NCBI GenBank assembly: GCA_964016885.1
Contig: OZ024743.1
Coordinates: 223,696,001 to 223,760,000, forward strand
DNA: 64,000 nt
Direction: 5' to 3'
Origin: Eledone cirrhosa
Lineage: Eukaryota
The position numbers and the translations under genes were made by a program. Below the pieces are notes generated by a model, which was given only the letters and a program-made list of their open reading frames with translations, was not told the origin of the DNA and did no database searches. How positions within the stretch are numbered: position 1 is the first letter of the stretch; every line of letters begins with the position of its first letter. Below, piece by piece: positions 23,301 to 41,300 of this stretch.

Positions 23301-26300
23301 CTCCCAGTAATAATAGCTCTAGATAATATATACACCACAACACATCTCCCAGTAATCATAGCTCTAGATAACATATACACCACAACACATCTCCCAGTAA
23401 TAATAGCTCTAGATAACATATACACCACAACACATCTCCCAGTAATAATAGCTCTAGATAATATATACACCACAACACATCTCCCAGTAATAATAGCTCT
23501 AGATAACATATACACCACAACACATCTCCCAGTAATCATAGCTCTAGATAATATATACACCACAAGATATTCCCAGTAATAATAGCTCTAGATAATATAT
23601 ACACCGCAACACATCTCCCAGTAATCATAGCTCTAGATAATATATACACCACAACACATCTCCCAGTAATAATAGCTCTAGATAATATATACACCACAAC
23701 ACATCTCCCAGTAATAATAGCTCTAGATAATATATACACCACAACACATCTCCCAGTAATAATAGCTCAAGATAATATATACACCACAACACATCTCCCA
23801 GTAATCATAGCTCTAGATAACATATACACCACAACACATCTCCCAGTAATAATAGCTCTAGATAATATATACACCACAACACATCTCCCAGTAATAATAG
23901 CTCTAGATAACATATGCACCACAACACATCTCCCAGTAATCATAGCTCTAGATAACATATACACCACAACACATCTCCCAGTAATCATAGCTCTAGATAA
24001 TATATACACCACAACACATCTCCCAGTAATAATAGCTCTAGATAATATATACACCACAACACATCTCCCAGTAATAATATCTCTAGATAATATATACACC
24101 ACAACACATCTCCCAGTAATCATAGCTCTAGATAACATATACACCACAACACATCTCCCAGTAATCATAGCTCTAGATAACATATACACCACAACACATC
24201 TCCCAGTAAAAATAGCTCTAGATAATATATACACCACAGCACATCTCCCAGTAATAATAGCTCTAGATAACATATACACCACAACACATCTCCCAGTAAT
24301 CATAGCTCTAGATAATATATACAACACATCTCCCAGTAATCATAGCTCTAGATAATATATACACCAAAACACATCTCCCAGTAATCATAGCTCTAGATAA
24401 TATATACAACACATCTCCCAGTAATCATAGCTCTAGATAATATATACACCACAACACATCTCCCAGTAATAATAGCTCTAGATAACATATACACCACAAC
24501 ACATCTCCCAGTAATAATAGCTCTAGATAACATATACACCACAACACATCTCCCAGTAATCATAGCTCTAGATAATATATACACCACAACACATCTCCCA
24601 GTAATAATAGCTCTAGATAATATATACACTACAACACATCTCCAAGTAATCATAGCTCTAGATAACATATACACCACAACACATCTCCCAGTAATCATAG
24701 CTCTAGATAATATATACACCACAACACATCTCCCAGTAATCATAGCTCTAGATAACATATACACCACAACACATCTCCCAGTAATCATAGCTCTAGATAA
24801 TATATACAACACATCTCCCAGTAATCATAGCTCTAGATAATATATACACCACAACACATCTCCCAGTAATCATAGCTCTAGATAATATATACAACACATC
24901 TCCCAGTAATCATAGATGTAGATAACATATACACCACAACACATCTCCCAGTAATAATAGCTCTAGATAATATATACACCACAACACATCTCCCAGTAAT
25001 CATAGCTCTAGATAACATATACACCGCAACACATCTCCCAGTAATCATAGCTCTAGATAACATATACACCACAACACATCTCCCAGTAATCATAGCTCTA
25101 GATAACATATACACCACAACACATCTCCCAGTAATCATAGCTCTAGATAATATATACACCACAACACATCTCCCAGTAATCATAGCTCTAGATAATATAT
25201 ACACCACAACACATCTCCCAGTAATCATAGCTCTAGATAATATATACACCACAACACATCTCCCAGTAATCATAGCTCTAGATAACATATACACCACAGC
25301 ACATCTCCCAGTAATCATAAATCTAGATAACATATACACCACAACACATCTCCCAGTAATCATAGCTCTAGATAATATATACACCACAACACATCTCCCA
25401 GTAATCATAGCTCTAGATAACATATACACCGCAACACATCTCCCAGTAATCATAGATCTAGATAACATATACACCACAACACATCTCCCAGTAATCATAG
25501 CTCTAGATAACATATACACCACAACACATCTCCCAGTAATCATAGCTCTAGATAATATATACAACACATCTCCCAGTAATCATAGCTCTAGATAATATAT
25601 ACACCACAACACATCTCCCAGTAATCATAGCTCTAGATAATATATACAACACATCTCCCAGTAATAATAGCTCTAGATAACATATACACCACAACACATC
25701 TCCCAGTAATAATAGCTCTAGATAACATATACACCACAACACATCTCCCAGTAATCATAGATCTAGATAATATATACACCACAATACATCTCCCAGTAAT
25801 AATAGCTCTAGATAATATATACACTACAACACATCTCCTAGTAATCATAGCTCTAGATAACATATACACCACAACACATCTCCCAGTAATCATAGCTCTA
25901 GATAATATATATACCACAACACATCTCACAGTAATCATAGCTCTAGATAACATATACACCACAACACATCTCCCAGTAATCTTAGCTCTAGATAATATAT
26001 ACAACACATCTCCCAGTAATCATAGCTCTAGATAATATATACACCACAACACATCTCCCAGTAATCATAGCTCTAGATAATATATACACCGCAACACAAC
26101 TCCCAGTAATAATAGCTCTAGATAATATATACACCGCAACACATCTCCCAGTAATAATAGCTCTAGATAATATATACACCACAACACATCTGCCAGTAAT
26201 AATAGCTCTAGATAATATATACACCACAACACATCTCCCAGTAATAATATCTCTAGATAACATATACACCACAACACATCTCCCAGTAATCATAGCTCTA

Positions 26301-29300
26301 GATAACATATACACCACAACACATCTCCCAGTAATCATAGCTCTAGATAACATATACACCACAACACATCTCCCAGTAATAATAGCTCTAGATAATATAT
26401 ACACCACAACACATCTCCCAGTAATAATAGCTCTAGATAACATATACACCACAACACATCTCCCAGTAATCATAGCTCTAGATAATATATACAACACATC
26501 TCCCAGTAATCATAGCTCTAGATAATATATACCCCACAACACATCTCCCAGTAATCATAGCTCTAGATAATATATACAACACATCTCCCAGTAATAATAG
26601 CTCTAGATAACATATACACCACAACACATATCCCAGTAATAATAGCTCTAGATAACATATACACCACAAAACATCTCCCAGTAATCATAGCTCTAGATAA
26701 TATATACACCACAACACATCTCCCAGTAATAATAGCTCTAGATAATATATACACTACAACACATCTCCCAGTAATCATAGCTCTAGATAACATATACACC
26801 ACAAAACATCTCCCAGTAATCATAGCTCTAGATAATTTATATACCACAACACATCTCCCAGTAATCATAGCTCTAGATAACATATACACCACAACACATC
26901 TCCCAGTAATCATAGCTCTAGATAATATATACACCACAACACATCTCCCAGTAATCATAGCTCTAGATAATATATACACCACAACACATCTCCCAGTAAT
27001 AATAGCTCTAGATAATATATACACCACAACACATCTCCCAGTAATAATAGCTCTAGATAACATATACACCACAACACATCTCCCAGTAATCATAGCTCTA
27101 GATAATATATACAACACATGTCCCAGTAATCATAGCTCTAGATAACATATACACCACAACACATCTCCCAGTAATTATAGCTCTAGATAATATATACACC
27201 ACAACACATCTCCCAGTAATCATAGCTCTAGATAATATATACACCACAACACATCTCCCAGTAATCATAGCTCTAGATAATATATACACCACAACACATC
27301 TCCCAGTAATAATAGCTCTAGATAATATATACACCACAACACATCTCCCAGTAATAATAGCTCTAGATAACATATACACCACAACACATCTCCCAGTAAT
27401 CATAGCTCTAGATAATATATACACCACAACACATCTCCCAGTAATCATAGCTCTAGATAACATATACACCACAACACATCTCCCAGTAATAATAGCTCTA
27501 GATAACATATACACCACAACACATCTCACAGTAATCATAGCTCTAGATAACATATACACCACAACACATCTCCCAGTAATCATAGCTCTAGATAACATAT
27601 ACACCACAACACATCTCCCAGTAATTATAGCTCTAGATAATATATACACCACAACACATCTCCCAGTAATCATAGCTCTAGATAATATATACACCACAAC
27701 ACATCTCCCAGTAATCATAGCTCTAGATAATATATACACCACAACACATCTCCCAGTAATCATAGCTCTAGATAACATATACACCACAGCACATCTCCCA
27801 GTAATCATAACTCTAGATAACATATACACCACAACACATCTCCCAGTAATCATAGCTCTAGATAATATATACACCACAACACATCTCCCAGTAATCATAG
27901 CTCTAGATAACATATACACCGCAACACATCTCCCAGTAATCATAGATCTAGATAACATATACACCACAACACATCTCCCAGTAATCATAGCTCTAGATAA
28001 CATATACACCACAACACATCTCCCAGTAATCATAGCTCTAGATAATATATACACCACAACACATCTCCCAGTAATAATAGCTCTAGATAATATATACACC
28101 ACAACACATCTCCCAGTAATCATAGCTCTAGATAATATATACACCACAACACATCTCCCAGTAATCATAGCTCTAGATAACATATACACCACAACACATC
28201 TCCCAGTAATCATAGCTCTAGATAACATATACACCACAACACATCTCCCAGTAATAATAGCTCTAGATAATATATACACCACAACACATCTCCCAGTAAT
28301 AATAGCTCTAGATAACATATACACCACAACACATCTCCCAGTAATCATAGCTCTAGATAATATATACAACACATCTCCCAGTAATCATAGCTCTAGATAA
28401 TATATACACCACAACACATCTCCCAGTAATCATAGCTCTAGATAATATATACAACACATCTCCCAGTAATAATAGCTCTAGATAACATATACACCACAAC
28501 ACATCTCCCAGTAATAATATCTCTAGATAACATATACACCACAACACATCTCCCAGTAATCATAGATCTAGATAATATATACACCACAACACATCTCCCA
28601 GTAATAATAGCTCTAGATAATATATACACTACAACACATCTCCTAGTAATCATAGCTCTAGATAACATATACACCACAACACATCTCCCAGTAATCATAG
28701 CTCTAGATAATATATATACCACAACACATCTCACAGTAATCATAGCTCTAGATAACATATACACCACAACACATCTCCCAGTAATCATAGCTCTAGATAA
28801 TATATACAACACATCTCCCAGTAATCATAGCTCTAGATAATATATACACCACAACACATCTCCCAGTAATCATAGCTCTAGATAATATATACACCGCAAC
28901 ACATCTCCCAGTAATAATAGCTCTAGATAATATATACACCGCAACACATCTCCCAGTAATAATAGCTCTAGATAATATATACACCACAACACATCTCCCA
29001 GTAATAATAGCTCTAAATAATATATACACCACAACACATCTCCCAGTGATAATATCTCTAGATAACATATACACCACAACACATCTCCCAGTAATCATAG
29101 CTCTAGATAACATATACACCACAACACATCTCCCAGTAATCATAGCTCTAGATAACATATACACCACAACACATCTCCCAGTAATAATAGCTCTAGATAA
29201 TATATACACCACAACACATCTCCCAGTAATAATAGCTCTAGATAACATATACACCACAACACATCTCCCAGTAATCATAGCTCTAGATAATATATACAAC

Positions 29301-32300
29301 ACATCTCCCAGTAATCATAGCTCTAGATAATATATACCCCACAACACATCTCCCAGTAATCATAGCTCTAGATAATATATACAACACATCTCCCAGTAAT
29401 AATAGCTCTAGATAACATATACACCACAACACATATCCCAGTAATAATAGCTCTAGATAACATATACACCACAAAACATCTCCCAGTAATCATAGCTCTA
29501 GATAATATATACACCACAACACATCTCCCAGTAATAATAGCTCTAGATAATATATACACTACAACACATCTCCCAGTAATCATAGCTCTAGATAACATAT
29601 ACACCACAAAACATCTCCCAGTAATCATAGCTCTAGATAATTTATATACCACAACACATCTCCCAGTAATCATAGCTCTACATAACATATACACCACAAC
29701 ACATCTCCCAGTAATCATAGCTCTAGATAATATATACACCACAACACATCTCCCAGTAATCATAGCTCTAGATAACATATACACCACAACACATCTCCCA
29801 GTAATTATAGCTCTAGATAACATATACACCACAACACATCTCCCAGTAATCATAGCTCTAGATAATATATACACCACAACACATCTCCCAGTAATCATAG
29901 CTCTAGATAACATATACAGCACAACACATCTCCCAGTAATCATAGCTCTAGATAATATATACACCACAACACATCTCCCAGTAATCATAGCTCTAGATAA
30001 TATATACACCACAACACATCTTCCAGTAATCATAGCTCTAGATAATATATACACCACAACACATCACCCAGTAATCATAGCTCTAGATAACATATACACC
30101 ACAACACATCTCCCAGTAATCATAGCTCTAGATAACATATACACCACAACACATCTCCCAGTAATCACAGCTCTAGATAACATATACACCACAACACATC
30201 TCCCAGTAATCATAGCTCTAGATAATATATACACCACAACACATCTCCCAGTAATCATAGCTCTAGATAACATATACACCACAACACATCTCCCAGTAAT
30301 CATAGCTCTAGATAATATATACAACACATCTCCCAGTAATAATAGCTCTAGATAACATATACACCACAACACATCTCTCAGTAATAATAGCTCTAGATAA
30401 CATATACACCACAACACATCTCCCAGTAATCATAGCTCAAGATAATATATACACCGCAACACATCTCCCAGTAATAATAGCTCTAGATAATATATACACC
30501 ACAACACATCTCCCAGTAATAATAGCTCTAGATAATATATACACCACAACACATCTCCCAGTAATCATAGCTCTAGATAACATATACACCACAACACATC
30601 TCCCAGTAATCATAGCTCTAGATAACATATACACCACAACACATCTCCCAGTAATCATAGCTCTAGATAACATATACACCACAACACATCTCCCAGTAAT
30701 CATAGGTCTAGATAATATATACACAACACATCTCCCAGTAATTATAGCTCTAGATAACATATACACCACAACACATCTCCCAGTAATCATAGCTCTAGAT
30801 AACATATACACCACAACACATCTCCCAGTAATCATAGCTCTAGATAATATATACACAACACATCTCCCAGTAATCATAGCTCTAGATAACATATACACCA
30901 CAACACATCTCTCAGTAATAATAGCTCTAGATAAGATATACACCACAACACATCTCCCAGTAATAATAGCTCTAGTTAACATATACACCACAACACATCT
31001 CCCAGTAATAATAGCTCTAGATAACATATACACCACAACACATCTCCCAGTAATAATAGCTCTAGATAATATATACACCACGAGATATTCCCAGTAATAA
31101 TAGCTCTAGATAATATATACACAACACATCTCCCAGTAATCATAGCTCTAGATAATATATACACCACAACACATATCCCAGTAATAATAGCTCTAGATAA
31201 CATATACACCACAACCCATCTCCCAGTAATCATAGCTCTAGATAATATATACACCACAACACATCTCCCAGTAATAATAGCTCTAGATAACATATACACC
31301 ACAACACATCTCCCAGTAATCATAGCTCTAGATAATATATACACCACAACACATCTCCCAGTAATAATAGCTCTAGATAACATATACACCACAACACATC
31401 TCCCAGTAATCATAGCTCTAGATAATATATACACCACAACACATCTCCCAGTAATAATAGCTCTAGATAACATATACACCACAACACATCTCCCAGTAAT
31501 CATAGCTCTAGATAATATATACACCACAACACATCTCCCAGTAATAATAGCTCTAGATAACATATACACCACAACACATCTCCCAGTAATCATAGCTCTC
31601 GATAATATATACACCACAACACATCTCCCAGAATTAATAGCTCTAGATAATATATACACCACAACACATCTCCCAGTAATCATAGCTCTAGATAATATAT
31701 ACACCACAACACATCTCCCAGTAATCATAGCTCTAGATAATATATACACCACAACACATCTCCCAGTAATCATAGCTCTAGATAATATATACACCACAAC
31801 ACATCTCCCAGTAATCATAGCTCTAGATAATATATACACCACAACACATCTCCCAGTAATAATAGCTCTAGATAATATATACACCACAACACATCTCCCA
31901 GTAATCATAGCTCTAGATAACATATACACCACAACACATCTCCCAGTAATAATAGCTCTAGATAACATATACACCACAACACATCTCCCAGTAATCATAG
32001 CTCTAGATAATATATACACCACAACACATCTCCCAGTAATAATAGCTCTAGATAACATATACACCACAGCACATCTCCCAGTAATCATAGCTCTAGATAA
32101 TATATACACCACAACACATCTCCCAGTAATCATAGCTCTAGATAATAATACACCACAACACATCTCCCAGTAATAATAGCTCTAGATAATATATACCCCA
32201 CAACACATCTCCCAGTAATCATAGCTCTAGATAATATATACACCGCAACACATCTCCCAGTAATAATAGCTCTAGATAATATATACACCGCAACACATCT

Positions 32301-35300
32301 CCCAGTAATAATAGCTCTAGATAATATATACACCACAACACATCTCCCAGTAATCATAGCTCTAGATAACATATACACCACAACACATCTCCCAGTAATA
32401 ATAGCTCTAGATAATATATACACCACAACACATCTCCCAGTAATCATAGCTCTAGATAATATATACACCACAACACATCTCCCAGTAATCATAGTTCTAG
32501 ACAATATATACACCACAACACATCTCCCAGTAATCATAGCTCTAGATAATATATACACCACAACACATATCCCAGTAATCATAGCTCTAGATAACATATA
32601 CACCACAACACATCTTCCAGTAATCATAGCTCTAGATAATATATACCAACACATCTCCCAATAATCATAGCTCTAGATAACATATACACCACAACACATC
32701 TCCCAGTAATCATAGCTCTAGATAACATATACACCACAACACATCTCCCAGTAATCATAGCTCTAGATAATATATACACCACAACACATCTCCCAGTAAT
32801 AATAGCTCTAGATAATATATACACCACAACACATCTCCCAGTAATAATAGCTCTAGATAACATATACACCACAACACATCTCCCAGTAATAATAGCTCTA
32901 GATAACATATACACCACAACACATTTCCCAGTAATCATAGCTCTAGATAACATATACACCACAACACATCTCCCAGTAATAATAGCTCTAGATAACATAT
33001 ACACCACAACACATCTCCCAGTAATAATATCTCTAGATAATATATACACCACAAGATATTCCCAGTAATAATAGCTCTAGATAATATATACACAACACAT
33101 CTCCCAGCAATAATAGCTCTAGATAATATATACACCACAACACATCTCCCAGTAATCATAGCTCTAGATAATATATACACCACAACACATCTCCCAGTAA
33201 TCATAGCTCTAGATAACATATACACCACAACACATCTCCCAGTGATAATAGCTCTAGATAATATATACACCACAACACATCTCCCAGTAATCATAGCTCT
33301 AGATAATATATACACCACAACACATCTCCCAGTAATCATAGCTCTAGACAATATATACACCACAACACATCTCCCAGTAATAATAGCTCTAGATAATATA
33401 TACACCACAACACATCTCCCAGTAATAATAGCTCTAGATAACATATACACCACAACACATCTCCCAGTAATCATAGCTCTAGATAATATATACACCACAA
33501 CACATCTCCCTGTAATAATAGCTCTAGATAACATATACACCACAACACATCTCCCAGTAATCATAGCTCTAGATAATATATACACCACAACACATCTCCC
33601 AGTATTAATAGCTCTAGATAACATATACACCACAACACATCTCCCAGTAATCATAGCTCTAGATAATATTTACACCACAACACATCTCCCAGTAATAATA
33701 GCTCTAGATAACATATACACCACAACACATCTCCCAGTAATCATAGCTCTAGATAATATATACACCACAACACATCTCCCAGTAATAATAGCTCTAGATA
33801 ATATATACACCACAACACATCTCCCAGTAATAATAGCTCTAGATAACATATACACCACAACACATCTCCCAGTAATCATAGCTCTAGATAATATATACAC
33901 CACAACACATCTCCCAGTAATCATAGCTCTAGATAACATATACACCACAACACATCTCCCAGTAATAATAGCTCTAGATAACATATACACCACAACACAT
34001 CTCACAGTAATCATAGCTCTAGATAATATATACACCACAACACATCTCCCAGTAATAATAGCTCTAGATAACATATACACCACAACACATCTCCCAGTAA
34101 TCATAGCTCTAGATAATATATACAACACATCTCCCAGTAATCATAGCTCTAGATAATATATACCCCACAACACATCTCCCAGTAATCATAGCTCTAGATA
34201 ATATATACAACACATCTCCCAGTAATAATAGCTCTAGATAACATATACACCACAACACATATCCCAGTAATAATAGCTCTAGATAACATATACACCACAA
34301 AACATCTCCCAGTAATCATAGCTCTAGATAATATATACACCACAACACATCTCCCAGTAATAATAGCTCTAGATAATATATACACTACAACACATCTCCC
34401 AGTAATCATAGCTCTAGATAACATATACACCACAAAACATCTCCCAGTAATCATAGCTCTAGATAATTTATATACCACAACACATCTCCCAGTAATCATA
34501 GCTCTAGATAACATATACACCACAACACATCTCCCAGTAATCATAGCTCTAGATAATATATACACCACAACACATCTCCCAGTAATCATAGCTCTAGATA
34601 ACATATACACCACAACACATCTCCCAGTAATTATAGCTCTAGATAACATATACACCACAACACATCTCCCAGTAATCATAGCTCTAGATAATATATACAC
34701 CACAACACATCTCCCAGTAATCATAGCTCTAGATAACATATACAGCACAACACATCTCCCAGTAATCATAGCTCTAGATAATATATACACCACAACACAT
34801 CTCCCAGTAATCATAGCTCTAGATAATATATACACCACAACACATCTTCCAGTAATCATAGCTCTAGATAATATATACACCACAACACATCACCCAGTAA
34901 TCATAGCTCTAGATAACATATACACCACAACACATCTCCCAGTAATCATAGCTCTAGATAACATATACACCACAACACATCTCCCAGTAATCACAGCTCT
35001 AGATAACATATACACCACAACACATCTCCCAGTAATCATAGCTCTAGATAATATATACACCACAACACATCTCCCAGTAATCATAGCTCTAGATAACATA
35101 TACACCACAACACATCTCCCAGTAATCATAGCTCTAGATAATATATACAACACATCTCCCAGTAATAATAGCTCTAGATAACATATACACCACAACACAT
35201 CTCTCAGTAATAATAGCTCTAGATAACATATACACCACAACACATCTCCCAGTAATCATAGCTCAAGATAATATATACACCGCAACACATCTCCCAGTAA

Positions 35301-38300
35301 TAATAGCTCTAGATAATATATACACCACAACACATCTCCCAGTAATAATAGCTCTAGATAATATATACACCACAACACATCTCCCAGTAATCATAGCTCT
35401 AGATAACATATACACCACAACACATCTCCCAGTAATCATAGCTCTAGATAACATATACACCACAACACATCTCCCAGTAATCATAGCTCTAGATAACATA
35501 TACACCACAACACATCTCCCAGTAATCATAGGTCTAGATAATATATACACAACACATCTCCCAGTAATTATAGCTCTAGATAACATATACACCACAACAC
35601 ATCTCCCAGTAATCATAGCTCTAGATAACATATACACCACAACACATCTCCCAGTAATCATAGCTCTAGATAATATATACACAACACATCTCCCAGTAAT
35701 CATAGCTCTAGATAACATATACACCACAACACATCTCTCAGTAATAATAGCTCTAGATAAGATATACACCACAACACATCTCCCAGTAATAATAGCTCTA
35801 GTTAACATATACACCACAACACATCTCCCAGTAATAATAGCTCTAGATAACATATACACCACAACATATCTCCCAGTAATATTAGCTCTAGATAATATAT
35901 ACACCACGAGATATTCCCAGTAATAATAGCTCTAGATAATATATACACAACACATCTCCCAGTAATCATAGCTCTAGATAATATATACACCACAACACAT
36001 ATCCCAGTAATAATAGCTCTAGATAACATATACACCACAACCCATCTCCCAGTAATCATAGCTCTAGATAATATATACACCACAACACATCTCCCAGTAA
36101 TAATAGCTCTAGATAACATATACACCACAACACATCTCCCAGTAATCATAGCTCTAGATAATATATACACCACAACACATCTCCCAGTAATAATAGCTCT
36201 AGATAACATATACACCACAACACATCTCCCAGTAATCATAGCTCTAGATAATATATACACCACAACACATCTCCCAGTAATAATAGCTCTAGATAACATA
36301 TACACCACAACACATCTCCCAGTAATCATAGCTCTAGATAATATATACACCACAACACATCTCCCAGTAATAATAGCTCTAGATAACATATACACCACAA
36401 CACATCTCCCAGTAATCATAGCTCTCGATAATATATACACCACAACACATCTCCCAGAATTAATAGCTCTAGATAATATATACACCACAACACATCTCCC
36501 AGTAATCATAGCTCTAGATAATATATACACCACAACACATCTCCCAGTAATCATAGCTCTAGATAATATATACACCACAACACATCTCCCAGTAATCATA
36601 GCTCTAGATAATATATACACCACAACACATCTCCCAGTAATCATAGCTCTAGATAATATATACACCACAACACATCTCCCAGTAATAATAGCTCTAGATA
36701 ATATATACACCACAACACATCTCCCAGTAATCATAGCTCTAGATAACATATACACCACAACACATCTCCCAGTAATAATAGCTCTAGATAACATATACAC
36801 CACAACACATCTCCCAGTAATCATAGCTCTAGATAACATATACACCACAACACATCTCCCAGTAATAATAGCTCTAGATAATATATACACCACAACACAT
36901 CTCCCAGTAATAATAGCTCTAGATAACATATACACCACAACACATCTCCCAGTAATCATAGCTCTAGATAATATATACAACACATCTCCCAGTAATCATA
37001 GCTCTAGATAATATATACCCCACAACACATCTCCCAGTAATCATAGCTCTAGATAATATATACAACACATCTCCCAGTAATAATAGCTCTAGATAACATA
37101 TACACCACAACACATATCCCAGTAATAATAGCTCTAGATAACATATACACCACAAAACATCTCCCAGTAATCATAGCTCTAGATAATATATACACCACAA
37201 CACATCTCCCAGTAATAATAGCTCTAGATAATATATACACTACAACACATCTCCCAGTAATCATAGCTCTAGATAACATATACACCACAAAACATCTCCC
37301 AGTAATCATAGCTCTAGATAATTTATATACCACAACACATCTCCCAGTAATCATAGCTCTAGATAACATATACACCACAACACATCTCCCAGTAATCATA
37401 GCTCTAGATAATATATACACCACAACACATCTCCCAGTAATCATAGCTCTAGATAACATATACACCACAACACATCTCCCAGTAATTATAGCTCTAGATA
37501 ACATATACACCACAACACATCTCCCAGTAATCATAGCTCTAGATAATATATACACCACAACACATCTCCCAGTAATCATAGCTCTAGATAACATATACAG
37601 CACAACACATCTCCCAGTAATCATAGCTCTAGATAATATATACACCACAACACATCTCCCAGTAATCATAGCTCTAGATAATATATACACCACAACACAT
37701 CTTCCAGTAATCATAGCTCTAGATAATATATACACCACAACACATCACCCAGTAATCATAGCTCTAGATAACATATACACCACAACACATCTCCCAGTAA
37801 TCATAGCTCTAGATAACATATACACCACAACACATCTCCCAGTAATCACAGCTCTAGATAACATATACACCACAACACATCTCCCAGTAATCATAGCTCT
37901 AGATAATATATACACCACAACACATCTCCCAGTAATCATAGCTCTAGATAACATATACACCACAACACATCTCCCAGTAATCATAGCTCTAGATAATATA
38001 TACAACACATCTCCCAGTAATAATAGCTCTAGATAACATATACACCACAACACATCTCTCAGTAATAATAGCTCTAGATAACATATACACCACAACACAT
38101 CTCCCAGTAATCATAGCTCAAGATAATATATACACCGCAACACATCTCCCAGTAATAATAGCTCTAGATAATATATACACCACAACACATCTCCCAGTAA
38201 TAATAGCTCTAGATAATATATACACCACAACACATCTCCCAGTAATCATAGCTCTAGATAACATATACACCACAACACATCTCCCAGTAATCATAGCTCT

Positions 38301-41300
38301 AGATAACATATACACCACAACACATCTCCCAGTAATCATAGCTCTAGATAACATATACACCACAACACATCTCCCAGTAATCATAGGTCTAGATAATATA
38401 TACACAACACATCTCCCAGTAATTATAGCTCTAGATAACATATACACCACAACACATCTCCCAGTAATCATAGCTCTAGATAACATATACACCACAACAC
38501 ATCTCCCAGTAATCATAGCTCTAGATAATATATACACAACACATCTCCCAGTAATCATAGCTCTAGATAACATATACACCACAACACATCTCTCAGTAAT
38601 AATAGCTCTAGATAAGATATACACCACAACACATCTCCCAGTAATAATAGCTCTAGTTAACATATACACCACAACACATCTCCCAGTAATAATAGCTCTA
38701 GATAACATATACACCACAACACATCTCCCAGTAATAATAGCTCTAGATAATATATACACCACGAGATATTCCCAGTAATAATAGCTCTAGATAATATATA
38801 CACAACACATCTCCCAGTAATCATAGCTCTAGATAATATATACACCACAACACATATCCCAGTAATAATAGCTCTAGATAACATATACACCACAACCCAT
38901 CTCCCAGTAATCATAGCTCTAGATAATATATACACCACAACACATCTCCCAGTAATAATAGCTCTAGATAACATATACACCAAAACACATCTCCCAGTAA
39001 TCATAGCTCTAGATAATATATACACCACAACACATCTCCCAGTAATAATAGCTCTAGATAACATATACACCACAACACATCTCCCAGTAATCATAGCTCT
39101 AGATAATATATACACCACAACACATCTCCCAGTAATAATAGCTCTAGATAACATATACACCACAACACATCTCCCAGTAATCATAGCTCTAGATAATATA
39201 TACACCACAACACATCTCCCAGTAATAATAGCTCTAGATAACATATACACCACAACACATCTCCCAGTAATCATAGCTCTCGATAATATATACACCACAA
39301 CACATCTCCCAGAATTAATAGCTCTAGATAATATATACACCACAACACATCTCCCAGTAATCATAGCTCTAGATAATATATACACCACAACACATCTCCC
39401 AGTAATCATAGCTCTAGATAATATATACACCACAACACATCTCCCAGTAATCATAGCTCTAGATAATATATACACCACAACACATCTCCCAGTAATCATA
39501 GCTCTAGATAATATATACACCACAACACATCTCCCAGTAATAATAGCTCTAGATAATATATACACCACAACACATCTCCCAGTAATCATAGCTCTAGATA
39601 ACATATACACCACAACACATCTCCCAGTAATAATAGCTCTAGATAACATATACACCACAACACATCTCCCAGTAATCATAGCTCTAGATAATATATACAC
39701 CACAACACATCTCCCAGTAATAATAGCTCTAGATAACATATACACCACAGCACATCTCCCAGTAATCATAGCTCTAGATAATATATACACCACAACACAT
39801 CTCCCAGTAATCATAGCTCTAGATAATAATACACCACAACACATCTCCCAGTAATAATAGCTCTAGATAATATATACCCCACAACACATCTCCCAGTAAT
39901 CATAGCTCTAGATAATATATACACCGCAACACATCTCCCAGTAATAATAGCTCTAGATAATATATACACCGCAACACATCTCCCAGTAATAATAGCTCTA
40001 GATAATATATACACCACAACACATCTCCCAGTAATCATAGCTCTAGATAACATATACACCACAACACATCTCCCAGTAATAATAGCTCTAGATAATATAT
40101 ACACCACAACACATCTCCCAGTAATCATAGCTCTAGACAATATATACACCACAACACATCTCCCAGTAATCATAGCTCTAGATAATATATACACCACAAC
40201 ACATCTCCCAGTAATCATAGCTCTAGATAACATATACACCACAACACATCTTCCAGTAATCATAGCTCTAGATAATATATACCAACACATCTCCCAATAA
40301 TCATAGCTCTAGATAACATATACACCACAACACATCTCCCAGTAATCATAGCTCTAGATAACATATACACCACAACACATCTCCCAGTAATCATAGCTCT
40401 AGATAATATATACACCACAACACATCTCCCAGTAATAATAGCTCTAGATAATATATACACCACAACACATCTCCCAGTAATAATAGCTCTAGATAACATA
40501 TACACCACAACACATCTCCCAGTAATAATAGCTCTAGATAACATATACACCACAACACATTTCCCAGTAATCATAGCTCTAGATAACATATACACCACAA
40601 CACATCTCCCAGTAATAATAGCTCTAGATAACATATACACCACAACACATCTCCCAGTAATAATAGCTCTAGATAATATATACACCACAAGATATTCCCA
40701 GTAATAATAGCTCTAGATAATATATACACAACACATCTCCCAGCAATAATAGCTCTAGATAATATATACACCACAACACATCTCCCAGTAATCATAGCTC
40801 TAGATAATATATACACCACAACACATCTCCCAGTAATCATAGCTCTAGATAACATATACACCACAACACATCTCCCAGTGATAATAGCTCTAGATAATAT
40901 ATACACCACAACACATCTCCCAGTAATCATAGCTCTAGATAATATATACACCACAACACATCTCCCAGTAATCATAGCTCTAGACAATATATACACCACA
41001 ACACATCTCCCAGTAATAATAGCTCTAGATAATATATACACCACAACACATCTCCCAGTAATAATAGCTCTAGATAACATATACACCACAACACATCTCC
41101 CAGTAATCATAGCTCTAGATAATATATACACCACAACACATCTCCCTGTAATAATAGCTCTAGATAACATATACACCACAACACATCTCCCAGTAATCAT
41201 AGCTCTAGATAATATATACACCACAACACATCTCCCAGTATTAATAGCTCTAGATAACATATACACCACAACACATCTCCCAGTAATCATAGCTCTAGAT

